A DNA stretch of 64,000 bases from Candidatus Latescibacterota bacterium (GTDB lineage: Bacteria > Latescibacterota > UBA2968 > GCA-2709665). The stretch lies in contig OZ241917.1 in the NCBI GenBank assembly GCA_965203805.1, positions 2,016,001 to 2,080,000 on the forward strand, in the 5' to 3' direction. This document shows positions 40,101-50,512 of the stretch, in pieces. Numbering within the stretch: the first letter of the stretch is position 1; each line of letters begins with the position of its first letter. The notes beneath the pieces were generated by a model. The model saw nothing but the letters and a program-made list of their open reading frames with translations. It was not told the DNA's origin and ran no database searches. Both the position numbers and the translations under genes were made by a program.

Positions 40101-41948
40101 ATGCATCCGGTTATAATGGCAGGGTTGTACTGTATGATCGTCACACTTTCCGGGTGTAATACCGATGTCTCGAGCGACATCCGGAAACTTGGCCATAAAC
40201 GCGTTGGGGTTCGACTTCACGCAATCGAGTCGCTTTCTCGGAACAGAGACAAACGTTCGATTGAGGCGTTGAATCGATCGCTCAATGACTCGGACACCTG
40301 GGTCCGCCTGAAGGCCATCGAAGTCCTGGGAATAATACGAGACTCCAGTTCCGTGGCACCGCTGCTCACCAGGATTGACGATCGTGAGCAGATTATTCGA
40401 CTGGCGGCAATAGAAACACTTGGCCAAATCGAAGACTCGCGGGCTATCGAATCATTGACAGATTTACTCACGAGACCGAATCCAAACGTGCGCGTGACCG
40501 CTATCACTGCGTTGGGAAAAATCGGAAGTGCCTGTTGTATCGAGAAGATTTCGGAATGCCTGAATAACGATGACAGATACATCCAATCGGCCGCCATACT
40601 CGCTCTGAAAGAAATCGGCCACCCGAGCGCGATCAATCCGCTGACAGCGGCTTTTGTTAATGAAGTCGAAGACGATATGTTGAGTTCTTTAATCGTCTAT
40701 GCTTTGGAGAATCTGGACCCGAATTGGGAAAAGAGTAAACAAACGGAACAAGCGCTATCGCATCTGATCTCCGAATTCAAAGACGAGAAACTCACCGAGA
40801 CAAAACGCCGAAGCATTGCCACGACGTTTGAAAAAATCAATCGTCATTGGAAGAGTGAAGATTGGGCAGAATCACTGAAAGAAGAGTTTCTTGAAAACTT
40901 GAACGATAAGAACCCGCTTGTCAGAGAAGCCGCAGCCGAAGGTCTGGGTGAACTGAGTGATGGGAGTATGTTTGGTCCGCTATCCAGGGCGTTAACCGAT
41001 GAACCAGAATGGAGTGTCCGGTGCGATATATTATACGCCTTGGGCGAAGTCAAGGACAAACGGGCGGTGGGAACGCTGTGCCATTCGCTCAAAGACTCCA
41101 TTCCGTCAGTCAAGTTTTCGGCTGCGGCCGCATTGGGTAAGATTGGAGATACGACCGCAGTCAACGCACTCATTGCGGTTCTGGATGACGCCACAGCGCC
41201 CGATGCTGGCCCATTTGCGGAAATCGTCGTTGAGAATCCACGGGATGTCCGCATCGCGGTCGCACAGGCATTGGGAGAACTTGAGGACGCCAGGTCCACA
41301 AATGCCCTCGTAGATCTCATGAGCAGTAGAAGCGATCTTGTTCGACGCGCCGCGACCGCCGCGCTCGGTAAAATCGGTGATCGAGGTTCCATGGAGCCAT
41401 TGATTACCGCCTTGAACGACCCTTCTATTGATGTTCGACGGGAAGCGGCAATGGCACTGGGAAGAATCGGCGATAAACGTGCGTTTCAGGCTATATTGGA
41501 TGCCGTAATGTTCAAACGGCTGAGAGTAACGGACGTATCTTCTTCATTGGATATGCTTGATCCATACTGGAGAGAGACTGAATTGGCAAAGCGTCTGGTC
41601 GAAGCAATCCTACGAGAAATCCGGGACCGGGATCTTGAGACTCGTATCCGGGCCGCAGAAGACCTGGCTGAAATTGCGAATGATCGATCCGCCGAGACAT
41701 TGATCAATGAGTTGAGAAAGCGAAATCTGCCCATCGTTGCTGGCGCCCATCGGTTCTTTCTCGGACAAGAAACAAAGGGCTATGAATCCGTTCTTATCGA
41801 TGCTCTCTCGTTTTATGGCAATACGAGTATGGCTGCAGCCTTCCTGAAGTCGCGTAACGCGCGTCTCGTAACGGCAGCCAGAAATTGGGCACGGAGCAGA
41901 AACCTTACGATATTTTCCTGGCCCATCAAAAAAGATTCGATCCAATGA
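40101..41948 (+). CDS. HEAT/PBS-lyase repeat lipoprotein
   Basis: Lipobox LSGC; many VR..AA.ALG.IGD repeats; start uncertain. Confidence 0.8.
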   Translation: MHPVIMAGLYCMIVTLSGCNTDVSSDIRKLGHKRVGVRLHAIESLSRNRDKRSIEALNRSLNDSDTWVRLKAIEVLGIIRDSSSVAPLLTRIDDREQIIRLAAIETLGQIEDSRAIESLTDLLTRPNPNVRVTAITALGKIGSACCIEKISECLNNDDRYIQSAAILALKEIGHPSAINPLTAAFVNEVEDDMLSSLIVYALENLDPNWEKSKQTEQALSHLISEFKDEKLTETKRRSIATTFEKINRHWKSEDWAESLKEEFLENLNDKNPLVREAAAEGLGELSDGSMFGPLSRALTDEPEWSVRCDILYALGEVKDKRAVGTLCHSLKDSIPSVKFSAAAALGKIGDTTAVNALIAVLDDATAPDAGPFAEIVVENPRDVRIAVAQALGELEDARSTNALVDLMSSRSDLVRRAATAALGKIGDRGSMEPLITALNDPSIDVRREAAMALGRIGDKRAFQAILDAVMFKRLRVTDVSSSLDMLDPYWRETELAKRLVEAILREIRDRDLETRIRAAEDLAEIANDRSAETLINELRKRNLPIVAGAHRFFLGQETKGYESVLIDALSFYGNTSMAAAFLKSRNARLVTAARNWARSRNLTIFSWPIKKDSIQ

Positions 41949-42386
41949 CGGCGGTACTTTTATGGACGATCGCACCTGACCTTCGAGTTCGGATAGACAA
42001 CACAGCTATTTCGCCAATGAAAAACAGCGACGCATGTTCACCAAACCACAGGCCGCCAAAGGTGGAACCGTTTCCTTTCGGCCGAGCGAACCGTCGTGAT
42101 CTTCAGGATTTCTTTTCTTGTTGTACGATTGAAATTTGCCTATTTTTGAGTAATGATGGATATTCTATAAGGAAAAGCGAAACCGAGTTGGTTTTGCTAA
42201 TTGGCGTATTGGCTGTTGGCCGCCCGAAGCAGCCAACCACCAGCATCCGCCAAGCGCCTGCCAGTGGCAATTCGTCGTAAACTATGCCACAAATGGCTTG
42301 GCCGACCTTGACATAATGGACAACAAAGCAACATGTGAGCAATTACCATTCGCAAAGCCTTCAATCCTTCCCAATGTGAGTGGAAC

Positions 42387-43349
42387 GTGAGCGACAAGGG
42401 CCTACAAGCGAGTTCATTCGAAAATCGCCAGCTTGCGCTTTTCGGTCGTTCCGTACAACCGTGGCTAGGCGTCGTGAACGCAACGGAAGAACCCCACGTT
42501 CGAGTTGACACGCTGAACAGAGCGCCATTCGAGGCTATTACTCGCCCAATGGTGATTTGCGGCGATGCCACCCAAGCTCTGAAGCTTCTTCCTGAAAAGT
42601 CCATTCAAACGGTCGTCACGTCACCGCCCTATTGGTCACTGCGCGATTACGGTGTTGAGGAACAGATTGGGCGCGACGAAAGCCTACGAGGCTATGTCAA
42701 GAGCATCGTTTGCACCTTCGAGCAGATAAGGCGCGCCTTGCGCGACGATGGCACTGTTTGGCTGAACGTTGGTGATTCCTATACATCCGGCAACCGAAGA
42801 TATCGGGCGCCAGACCGGAAAAACCGTGCACGCGCCATGGCAGTGCGACCGCCGACGCCAGAAGGACTTAAGCCAAAGGACTTGATAGGTGTACCCTGGA
42901 GATTGGCGTTCGCTCTACAAGAAGCGGGTTGGTGGATTCGGAGTGAAATCATTTGGCACAAACCGAATGCCCATCCTGAGTCCGTTCGAGACCGGCCAAC
43001 CAAAGCTCACGAGACTGTTTTCCTCTTGTCAAAAGACAAGCAATATTACTACGACCACGAAATCGTCAAGGGGCCGCGTGACCGTCGACTGCGAACGGTT
43101 TGGGAGATTCCCACTGAACCGGTGAAGCGCGTAAACGGGAAAGCAGATGACCATCCCGCGATGATGCCTCTCTCGCTCGCTCGCTGCTGTGTAGCCATTA
43201 CCAGCCGCGATGACAGTATCGTACTCGACCCCTACGCGGGTTCGGGAACAACGCTTCTAGCGGCACGTGAACTCGGACGAAGGTGGGTTGGGATTGAAAT
43301 CAAACCCGCTTTCGTGGATCTGATTGAACGGCGGTTGTGCGTGTCATGA
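42387..43349 (+). CDS. DNA methyltransferase, beta class, likely N4-cytosine
   Basis: TSPPYW precedes DPYAGSGTT; HPA motif. Confidence 0.92.
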   Translation: MSDKGLQASSFENRQLALFGRSVQPWLGVVNATEEPHVRVDTLNRAPFEAITRPMVICGDATQALKLLPEKSIQTVVTSPPYWSLRDYGVEEQIGRDESLRGYVKSIVCTFEQIRRALRDDGTVWLNVGDSYTSGNRRYRAPDRKNRARAMAVRPPTPEGLKPKDLIGVPWRLAFALQEAGWWIRSEIIWHKPNAHPESVRDRPTKAHETVFLLSKDKQYYYDHEIVKGPRDRRLRTVWEIPTEPVKRVNGKADDHPAMMPLSLARCCVAITSRDDSIVLDPYAGSGTTLLAARELGRRWVGIEIKPAFVDLIERRLCVS

Positions 43350-44101
43350 CGCTTGATGAACTCAAGGCGACTCTCGATGCATTCTCACCGGTCAAGATCG
43401 AATTCGTTGCAAGGGTTATGGAATCTTTGGCGAATCCTCCGCTTGCCAACATTCGATCTAAAGGAACATGGCTGACGGGCGAACCGGACTGGATTGAATA
43501 CTTCGGGCTTGCTTTATCGGTTCACCATGGCGCAACGACTGAGCCGTTGGGACTATCGTCGTTTGAGACAGTGTTCAGAAACGCCTGTGAACACCTCCGC
43601 TGGTCAATTGATCCTCCGGGCTCCCGAACTCAGCGATTCGTCGATATGGTCGTACGTCCTGAGTCAGGCAACCGTCGGCGATTGTCTCTAAAATCCACTG
43701 CCGCCAAGAGCTTATCCAATACAGCATTGCATATTTCCAAACTGACGGAGGCCGCGTGGATTCAGGACGCACGCACCGCCAGAGATCGACGAGACCGTAC
43801 ACTTGAATTGTTCAGGCAGTATCAAAGGGCCGTTACTCAGATCGTCATGCTCCGAGCGTTTCGGGAAGACACTGGAAAGATCCCGCACAGATATCAGCTT
43901 GTTGAGGTCCCGATCAGCATCTTCGACTCCATTCAGCAGGTGCCTCTAAAGGTCTTCGAACGGGATGCGCCAGTGATCGAATGTACCGTTGGAGATCGCG
44001 TAGCGGCAGTGGTGGCGATCGACCGATCCGATGCGAAGATAACGGTCAGGCGAGTTCAGCTTTCAGCCTGCACTGTTCATGCGGAATGGGATAAGGCGTA
44101 G
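43346..44101 (+). CDS. putative type II restriction endonuclease, SmaI-like
   Basis: ATGA overlap with the MTase; FG..L..HH, D...SLKS.AAK, HISK..E, YQLVEVP, C.VH..WD resemble SmaI as recalled. Confidence 0.7.
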   Translation: MTLDELKATLDAFSPVKIEFVARVMESLANPPLANIRSKGTWLTGEPDWIEYFGLALSVHHGATTEPLGLSSFETVFRNACEHLRWSIDPPGSRTQRFVDMVVRPESGNRRRLSLKSTAAKSLSNTALHISKLTEAAWIQDARTARDRRDRTLELFRQYQRAVTQIVMLRAFREDTGKIPHRYQLVEVPISIFDSIQQVPLKVFERDAPVIECTVGDRVAAVVAIDRSDAKITVRRVQLSACTVHAEWDKA

Positions 44102-44120
44102 ACGCGGATGCAGGATCAGC

Positions 44121-44207
44121 ACTGAACGAGCGACAACAATCCGGATTATCAGCAGCAGGGCGGCAACCCGAAGGGAGCGACGCATTTATGAAGGACGAGA
44201 GCGATAA
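44121..44207 (+). pseudogene. 3' remnant of a BrnT-family toxin
   Basis: Translates TERATTIRIISSRAATRRERRIYE, the BrnT C-terminal IRIISAR.A...ER..Y motif; no N-terminus. Confidence 0.7.
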
Positions 44208-44382
44208 GAAAATGCGATCGGAATATGATTTCTCCGATGGGGTGCGGGGCAGGCATTTTAAGGCTTACCGGGCCGGACACGATGAAGAGGCTGCGGACAG
44301 AACACTGGAACACAGCCGGATGAAGATCCATATCCCTACGAAGAAAACGACTCCACATCCATCGTTGACAGCATCAGGTTGA
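44188..44382 (+). pseudogene. truncated BrnA-like antitoxin
   Basis: MRSEYDFSDGVRGRH N-terminal motif overlapping the toxin remnant; tail runs into the convergent gene. Confidence 0.55.
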
Positions 44383-45523
44383 GGTAGACGTCTGCGCCGG
44401 CATTCAACTGGCTGAGATCGATCCACTCGTCTGCCGTGTGTCCCTGCGCAATGTCACCGGGCCCGAGTACAACCGCCGGGATGCCGGCACGGCTGAAGCT
44501 GCTGGCATCCGTACCATAGCCGACGCCGGTCAGGCCGTCCGGAAGTCCCATCGATCCAAGCACGGAGGCCACGAATGCGCCGAACGCTTCCCCACCGGCC
44601 GGGTCCAGCGGGCTATCCACCATATCGGGCGTCTCCTGAACGACCTTCAGCTGCGGGTTGCTCGCGCGGATTGCCTCCAGAATGCGTTCGACCGACGGGA
44701 TCACCGTGTCCGGATCCTCACCCGGAACCACGCGGCGGTCCACGTGAATCTCGCAATGTTCTGGAATGATGTTGACCTGCGTACCGCCTCTGATCATATT
44801 AATGCTGCACTGCGCCCGGCCCGTTAGAGGATGTTCTGAGGTCAACCGGGGGATATATCGCTCTTCGAGCGCTGCGATCACCTCCGTCATCATGCGGATG
44901 GCGGATCGGCCACGGCCGGGGTCCGAAGAGTGTACGGCTACGCCCTCGGTCCGAATCCGCCAGCGCACCACGCCGTTGTGCGCAACCACGGCCCGAAGCC
45001 GTGTGGGTTCTCCGACAATCACACCCGCCGGCCGCCAGCCCAGACCCGGCAGTTGTGACGCCGCAAACGTGCGGACACCCGTCTTCCCGATCTCCTCGTC
45101 CAGGGTAAACAGGATTGCCACGTTGTTCGGGCCGCCTCGCTTGCGGTATCGCGACAGCGCCCAGAGCATCGCCGCGCCGGTTCCTTTCGTATCGCACGCG
45201 CCCCGGCCGTACATCCTCCCGCCCAGGATCCGCCCTGCGAACGGATCCACCGTCATCTTGTCCACGCTTACCGTATCCAGGTGGCTCTCAAACAGAAGCC
45301 ACGGCGCCTGCCCGTCCACCTGGTGAGTGACCAGCAGATTGAACCCTTCGCCGGTCACCGGCAGCCTGCGCGTGTCCAGTCCCATCGACTTCGCCCGGTC
45401 CTCCAGATACACCGACAGCGCCAGTTCAGCATCCGGCTTCCCGGAAATCGCCGAATTGACGGTATCGAACCCAACCATCGCCCGAAGCAGGGATTCACAC
45501 GTATCGTGGGTCACCGCTACCAT
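44336..45523 (-). CDS. M20 family ArgE-like deacylase
   Basis: ESHLDTV, YGRGACDTKG, DEE, GEPT, HSS, HTADE. Confidence 0.9.
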   Translation of the reverse strand: MVAVTHDTCESLLRAMVGFDTVNSAISGKPDAELALSVYLEDRAKSMGLDTRRLPVTGEGFNLLVTHQVDGQAPWLLFESHLDTVSVDKMTVDPFAGRILGGRMYGRGACDTKGTGAAMLWALSRYRKRGGPNNVAILFTLDEEIGKTGVRTFAASQLPGLGWRPAGVIVGEPTRLRAVVAHNGVVRWRIRTEGVAVHSSDPGRGRSAIRMMTEVIAALEERYIPRLTSEHPLTGRAQCSINMIRGGTQVNIIPEHCEIHVDRRVVPGEDPDTVIPSVERILEAIRASNPQLKVVQETPDMVDSPLDPAGGEAFGAFVASVLGSMGLPDGLTGVGYGTDASSFSRAGIPAVVLGPGDIAQGHTADEWIDLSQLNAGADVYLNLMLSTMDVESFSS

Positions 45524-45533
45524 GTCTCCTTGT

Positions 45534-46568
45534 CTAACGCCAGCGTTCCTCGAATACCGATATCGCTGTCCGTGCCGCCAGCATGGACGTCTCCACGCGT
45601 TCCTGGTAGCCGCCCTTCATCGCCATACCCGTCTCAATCGTGAATGAGGGTCCGTACCTGTCCGCACCGTAATCGGCCAGGTTCAACCCTTCGCCGCGTT
45701 CCGCGGCGATCAGCCAGAGCACGCCGGGTTCGCCGGTCTCGAAGAACGGACCCGGTGCGTACCCCTGAGGCGCAAGCTGCGCACCCGAATCGGCAACGGC
45801 CCGAATCATCGAATCGGCCATTCGCTTTTCCCACAACTCGTCGTCTCTGTTTCGCTGGTGCCGCGCCGAGAACCAGAAGCCGTCGCCGCCATACTCGTGT
45901 AGATCCAGCGTCAGACCTGGATCTATCCTTGCCATCAGGTCTCGCGCGCAGCGGGATTCCACCGGCGCCCACGGCGAATCGTGAAACCGGTTGATGTGTA
46001 ACACCTCGCCGTCCGGGCTCACGATCAGCGTATAGGCCCTCTGGCAGGGCGCCGTGCCTTCGCCCTCATCGCTGGATGGATAGAATATCCGTCGTCCGAA
46101 CAGAGGCTCCAGGAATTCGGCGCCAACCTCGAATCGGCCGAGAAGACCCGTCGTCGAATACCCGTACTCACCTATGATAGCAAGGACCGTCTCGTCCTTT
46201 TCATAAAGCACCTCGCCCCTCGCCTTCAGAAGTGCCCGAACATCCTCGACCGACCCTGCGTCAGGCTCCTCGCCCAGACTCAGGCTCAACGCGTACCCGT
46301 AACCATTCATCCCCATGGGATCGCGACTGGGAATCACGTAGACCTCGTGTTCGGTGTCCAATTCCTCCACAAGCCCGAGGGCTGACCCTACGCCCGCCTG
46401 TTCGGTCGAATGACTGCCGGCACTGATGAATATCGCCGGCGGTTTTTCACCTCCTGTCTTGAGACACACCACCGGCGCCCCGTCAGGCGCGCACCCGAGC
46501 ACTTCCCGCTGAAAGCCCTTTCTCTCGACCCATTCAAGGAGATCCGCGTATCGATCGAAAATCCGCAT
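45534..46568 (-). CDS. M14/AstE-like zinc hydrolase
   Basis: HSTE (HxxE), NR, DLHE, late Glu (TIET); start moved to MRIFD after GGAGGA. Confidence 0.7.
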   Translation of the reverse strand: MRIFDRYADLLEWVERKGFQREVLGCAPDGAPVVCLKTGGEKPPAIFISAGSHSTEQAGVGSALGLVEELDTEHEVYVIPSRDPMGMNGYGYALSLSLGEEPDAGSVEDVRALLKARGEVLYEKDETVLAIIGEYGYSTTGLLGRFEVGAEFLEPLFGRRIFYPSSDEGEGTAPCQRAYTLIVSPDGEVLHINRFHDSPWAPVESRCARDLMARIDPGLTLDLHEYGGDGFWFSARHQRNRDDELWEKRMADSMIRAVADSGAQLAPQGYAPGPFFETGEPGVLWLIAAERGEGLNLADYGADRYGPSFTIETGMAMKGGYQERVETSMLAARTAISVFEERWR

Positions 46569-46647
46569 GAAATTCCTCCCGCAATTTGTATAGAAAAAAC
46601 CGATCTCCCGCAAACAACCGACGGTTTTGCACAGGCACTCTCACGGC

Positions 46648-49635
46648 TCAGTTTTTCGCCTCGAACCAACCGGAGTTCAATATCGTTACCGTCTCGGTTG
46701 GAATCGCTGGATAGTCTCTGACGGTAACGGCGTTTTCCGTGGCCGATTCAATCTCGAAACCCGTACGAGGCGCCTCGCCGGCCAACAGATACGACCCCGC
46801 GACGCGCGCGGGATCGGGCAACGGTTCCGAAAGATGGTACGTCCGGTCTTCTACAGACCGGACGCGCAACCTCGTATTGGCTTCGGGCAGCGAAACATTC
46901 AGATCGCCGCACGTCAATTCCGTACCGTTCAACAAATAGCCCTGGACGGCGCCACCGTGCTCATTCACCGACACAAATCCAAATCGACCCGCCAGACGAA
47001 CGGGACCATATTGACGTTGCTCCTGGTCCGTCGAGGAAATGATATAGTCGGTGCGGCCGGCCAACTGAACTTCAATCGCCACAACACCGGTTTCCGGATT
47101 GTCTTCGATCAATCGCGCACCGGCAACCGGCGAATTTCCCGATATATACGGCACAATCAGTGCGGTATACTGGCTTGAGAGCGCGGTACGGTCGTCGCCG
47201 GCGCGGTCTTCCGCAAGTAGTTGCCCGATGGATGGCTGTTTCAACTCTTCGGTATCGAATACCCGCCAACCCGGAGCGTCGGCGACGACCAACCTCTGCG
47301 GCGTATTCAGCAGCATGAGATCCAGATTCACGCCCCGATATTTCCACGTAAATGACGTTGATTTATCCGGCAGAGTCGCCCTCGGATTCTCAAGCCATTC
47401 AGCCCAGACATCCGGAAGTTCCATTGCATCGTACTCGGCGAAATCGGGCGACCCCCCAATGAGAGATCCGTTGCAGTGAAATCCGTATTGATGGGTTCTT
47501 CCACCTCTGACGCGGAAAATGTCGACGACGTAACGCTGATTCTCAGGCGCGTCCACCAGAACGCAAACTCGCTGGTAGACGTCGCACTGCGGGTACACGT
47601 TGACACCCGAAGCCTGCACGACCTCAATTCCCGGAGCCAACCCGAAAAGCTCCAGGTTGGAGCCACACTCGCTTCGCTCCTGCTCCTGTTCGTCGACGAC
47701 CACCAGATTGTGCGAAAGGGTACTCCGCATCCACCTCTGCCCGCTCCGACCGTCCGGCAGGCGCTGGTCGCTGCCGGAAAAATACCCCCGGTCCGACGCC
47801 AATTCCTCGCCGAAGGCATACAGACTAAAGCTCAGCACATCCTGGTGCCGATGCCCGGTTTCCACCGTCCACTGGTGCTCGTTGCCGTTCAGATAGAGCG
47901 CCGTATCGTTTGTCTTTCCATCGCCTCGCAAAACAGCCACATGCCATCCTGGAAACCACTCGGAGCGAAGCGGCAGCTCCGCCGCGACGGACGTCAGACC
48001 GGAGGGCCGATACCACAACGCATACTCGCTCCCCTTCCGTGACAATTCCTCACCCTGTACAAGCTCCAGCATTCGACCATATTGCCCGCCGAGGCGTGCC
48101 GCCAGGATTTCGAAGGACAGATGGTCCGCGTACGTATCATAACGCGTATCTCCAATTACCGGCATGCGGTTTCCCGGTGTAAGCAGGCGAACATGTGACT
48201 CGATGGACTCACGAAAGCGGCCCCTCGAAAACATGTCCAACGTCTGGATCCGTTCGCCTTCCTCGGGCACGTATCCCGGCGGGTCGCTGTAACCATGCAG
48301 CAGATCGGCCAGTTCGCGCACGTTCGAAAGGTTGTGGGCCGAATAGGACGGCGTTTCCGCGTAGAACCCATCGTGGTGGTAGCGTGCGTCCAGCATGCGG
48401 TGGAAACCGTCCAGCGCGCGCCGGACCCGGTCCGGCTGCCTGAATAGCATCCCCGCTCCTGCGCTCAACACGAAGACGGCGGTGCCTTTATTCGAAAGAG
48501 AATTCCAATGTTCCATGTCCGTGCAACCGGCCAGCAACAGGTCATCGACGATCCGGCGATCGGTAGCCTCATCCAGCACGCGGCGACCGTCGGGAAATGA
48601 TGCATCTCGAACCAGATCATACGCGACCATCAACGAAAACAGCGGGCCTGCATCGCTTCCCTTCCCGTGTACGTTCATTCGCCCCGCCCCCCAGAATCCG
48701 TTGTTCAGCGTGGACCAGGTCTCAAACTGGTGCAGGCCGTAGGCGTGTCGTATCGCGCCCGGCGGAAAGCGGCCGCCATGGGGGCCACCCGCCGATTCCT
48801 CCCTGCCCATATTGGCGGCCACCTCCGCGGGCGGCAGGTCCGCGATGCTGCCGTCGTACGAATGGTAGAGATAATTCGGATAAACACGGGCGAACCGATC
48901 CAGTATCCAGACGACCCTCTCGGCGTATTTCACCTCGACTGTAACGGCGTACAGCTTTGCCAACGTCAACGCCTGGCCCGTGGCCCAACCCACCCTGCGA
49001 TCTCGAATATGACCCGTGAAACTGGTCATCGTTGGACGTTCCCCGAGCCACTTGAGCGCGTGTTTCGCCCGGTTTTCTGGATCAGCCACTTCCTCGGGGG
49101 TCTGGTAGTAGGTAAACTGCTGTCCCATCCTGGGGCATTCGAGCACGCCGGTTTCCGGATACCGTGCGTTCGGATACACCGTCCCACAGGCGCTGCAGGC
49201 TATCTCGTCGGGACGCGCAATATTCCATCTGAACCGCCCGCCGCCCATCAGCGACTGTGTCCCCACGCAGTGGGGGCAATTCTGACCATAGTGGGTCCCG
49301 GGCGTCAACTCCGGTATCAGCGCATCGAAGAACGCCCGGTCCTTCTGCATCGCCAGCGCAACGCTCCTTTTCCATCCCGCCACGATTTCATTCGCCCAAC
49401 CGTAGCGCGTCACGTTTCGGCGGGCATTTTCGATATCCCCGGGTTTGTACATCGTCCGCGGTTGAGCGTGCGCCGTCTTACACGCCAACAGCAGTGCGCT
49501 CGCAGCCAACAGGAGCGCCGGCGCGGGGACACTCCTCAACATCCACACGGCGAGCACCGAAAGGGCAACTCCGGGGATGGCCAGAGCGACGATACCGACC
49601 ACCCGGCCGATGGCTTTCGCGGTTGTCCTTCTCAT
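46648..49635 (-). CDS. heparinase II/III-like lyase
   Basis: DGFYAETPSY, GHRHQD, HNLVVVD; hydrophobic N-terminus. Confidence 0.8.
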   Translation of the reverse strand: MRRTTAKAIGRVVGIVALAIPGVALSVLAVWMLRSVPAPALLLAASALLLACKTAHAQPRTMYKPGDIENARRNVTRYGWANEIVAGWKRSVALAMQKDRAFFDALIPELTPGTHYGQNCPHCVGTQSLMGGGRFRWNIARPDEIACSACGTVYPNARYPETGVLECPRMGQQFTYYQTPEEVADPENRAKHALKWLGERPTMTSFTGHIRDRRVGWATGQALTLAKLYAVTVEVKYAERVVWILDRFARVYPNYLYHSYDGSIADLPPAEVAANMGREESAGGPHGGRFPPGAIRHAYGLHQFETWSTLNNGFWGAGRMNVHGKGSDAGPLFSLMVAYDLVRDASFPDGRRVLDEATDRRIVDDLLLAGCTDMEHWNSLSNKGTAVFVLSAGAGMLFRQPDRVRRALDGFHRMLDARYHHDGFYAETPSYSAHNLSNVRELADLLHGYSDPPGYVPEEGERIQTLDMFSRGRFRESIESHVRLLTPGNRMPVIGDTRYDTYADHLSFEILAARLGGQYGRMLELVQGEELSRKGSEYALWYRPSGLTSVAAELPLRSEWFPGWHVAVLRGDGKTNDTALYLNGNEHQWTVETGHRHQDVLSFSLYAFGEELASDRGYFSGSDQRLPDGRSGQRWMRSTLSHNLVVVDEQEQERSECGSNLELFGLAPGIEVVQASGVNVYPQCDVYQRVCVLVDAPENQRYVVDIFRVRGGRTHQYGFHCNGSLIGGSPDFAEYDAMELPDVWAEWLENPRATLPDKSTSFTWKYRGVNLDLMLLNTPQRLVVADAPGWRVFDTEELKQPSIGQLLAEDRAGDDRTALSSQYTALIVPYISGNSPVAGARLIEDNPETGVVAIEVQLAGRTDYIISSTDQEQRQYGPVRLAGRFGFVSVNEHGGAVQGYLLNGTELTCGDLNVSLPEANTRLRVRSVEDRTYHLSEPLPDPARVAGSYLLAGEAPRTGFEIESATENAVTVRDYPAIPTETVTILNSGWFEAKN

Positions 49636-49652
49636 GTCAGCCCCTCCTTGGC

Positions 49653-50474
49653 TTACGAAGCATACAGGGAATCCGCTGTTTTGCCCAAAATCCAGGCCTT
49701 GTCTTCGTCAGAAAGAAAATCCATCGCTTCTTCAATCACACGGAAGCCGACGGCCTCGCCACGCTGAGGGTCTTCGGGAAAGCCCGTACATCCCAGCATC
49801 CGATGAGACCCGAACGCCTCGTAAACGGCTCTGACGTAGGGATGAACGTCTTCGTGCGGCCATGGCTTCGTGGAAATCCCGTCAATCCTCGTGGCCTTCA
49901 CGTAGAGATTGGGGTATTTCGCCGCCTCCAGGAGGATCCGGAAACTGCCATCCAGGCCCTCCGCAAGAAAGGGCTCTCCCAGATGGTCCACAATCACATT
50001 CACCTCGGGGAATCGTCGCAACATCGGTTCCATCAATGGAATCTGATGGCAGCGGCCGAACCAGGTGAACGGAACGCCGAGCTTTCGAGCCGTATCCCAG
50101 AGCGCTGTCTGATCATCGCGTGACAACCACGATGCATCCTTATCCTTTACGGGATATAACCGCATCCCCTGTACCCCATGTTCGCGGTGAAGCCGCGCCA
50201 TCACTTCAGCAGCGTCAGGCTTCAAGGGATCGATCAACGCCACCCCGTGCAGACGACCGGGAAATCGGCGCATGCAGTCACACATATAGCTGTTGTCATA
50301 TCCATGATACATGCACTGAATGAGTACGGTCCGGTCGATGCCGTTCAGGTCCATAAACCTGATGAGATCCTCGACAAGACCCGGATACACCGGCCTGTTT
50401 GTCGACATTTCGTCGTTGTGGGTGAACGGCGGCTCCCCCATGGTCCACACGTGCACGTGAGAATCGATTCGCAT
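49653..50474 (-). CDS. amidohydrolase 2 family protein
   Basis: IDSHVHVW, DHLG, PNLYVK, FG..R. Confidence 0.88.
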   Translation of the reverse strand: MRIDSHVHVWTMGEPPFTHNDEMSTNRPVYPGLVEDLIRFMDLNGIDRTVLIQCMYHGYDNSYMCDCMRRFPGRLHGVALIDPLKPDAAEVMARLHREHGVQGMRLYPVKDKDASWLSRDDQTALWDTARKLGVPFTWFGRCHQIPLMEPMLRRFPEVNVIVDHLGEPFLAEGLDGSFRILLEAAKYPNLYVKATRIDGISTKPWPHEDVHPYVRAVYEAFGSHRMLGCTGFPEDPQRGEAVGFRVIEEAMDFLSDEDKAWILGKTADSLYAS

Positions 50475-50512
50475 CGTTTCCTCCTATCTGACAAAAAGTT
50501 CGAGCTTTTCGG

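Noticed and set aside
41949-42386. Controller (C) protein or the missing BrnT N-terminus upstream of the MTase
   Set aside because: No HTH-like ORF or FEWD..K...N..KHG motif found by eye.
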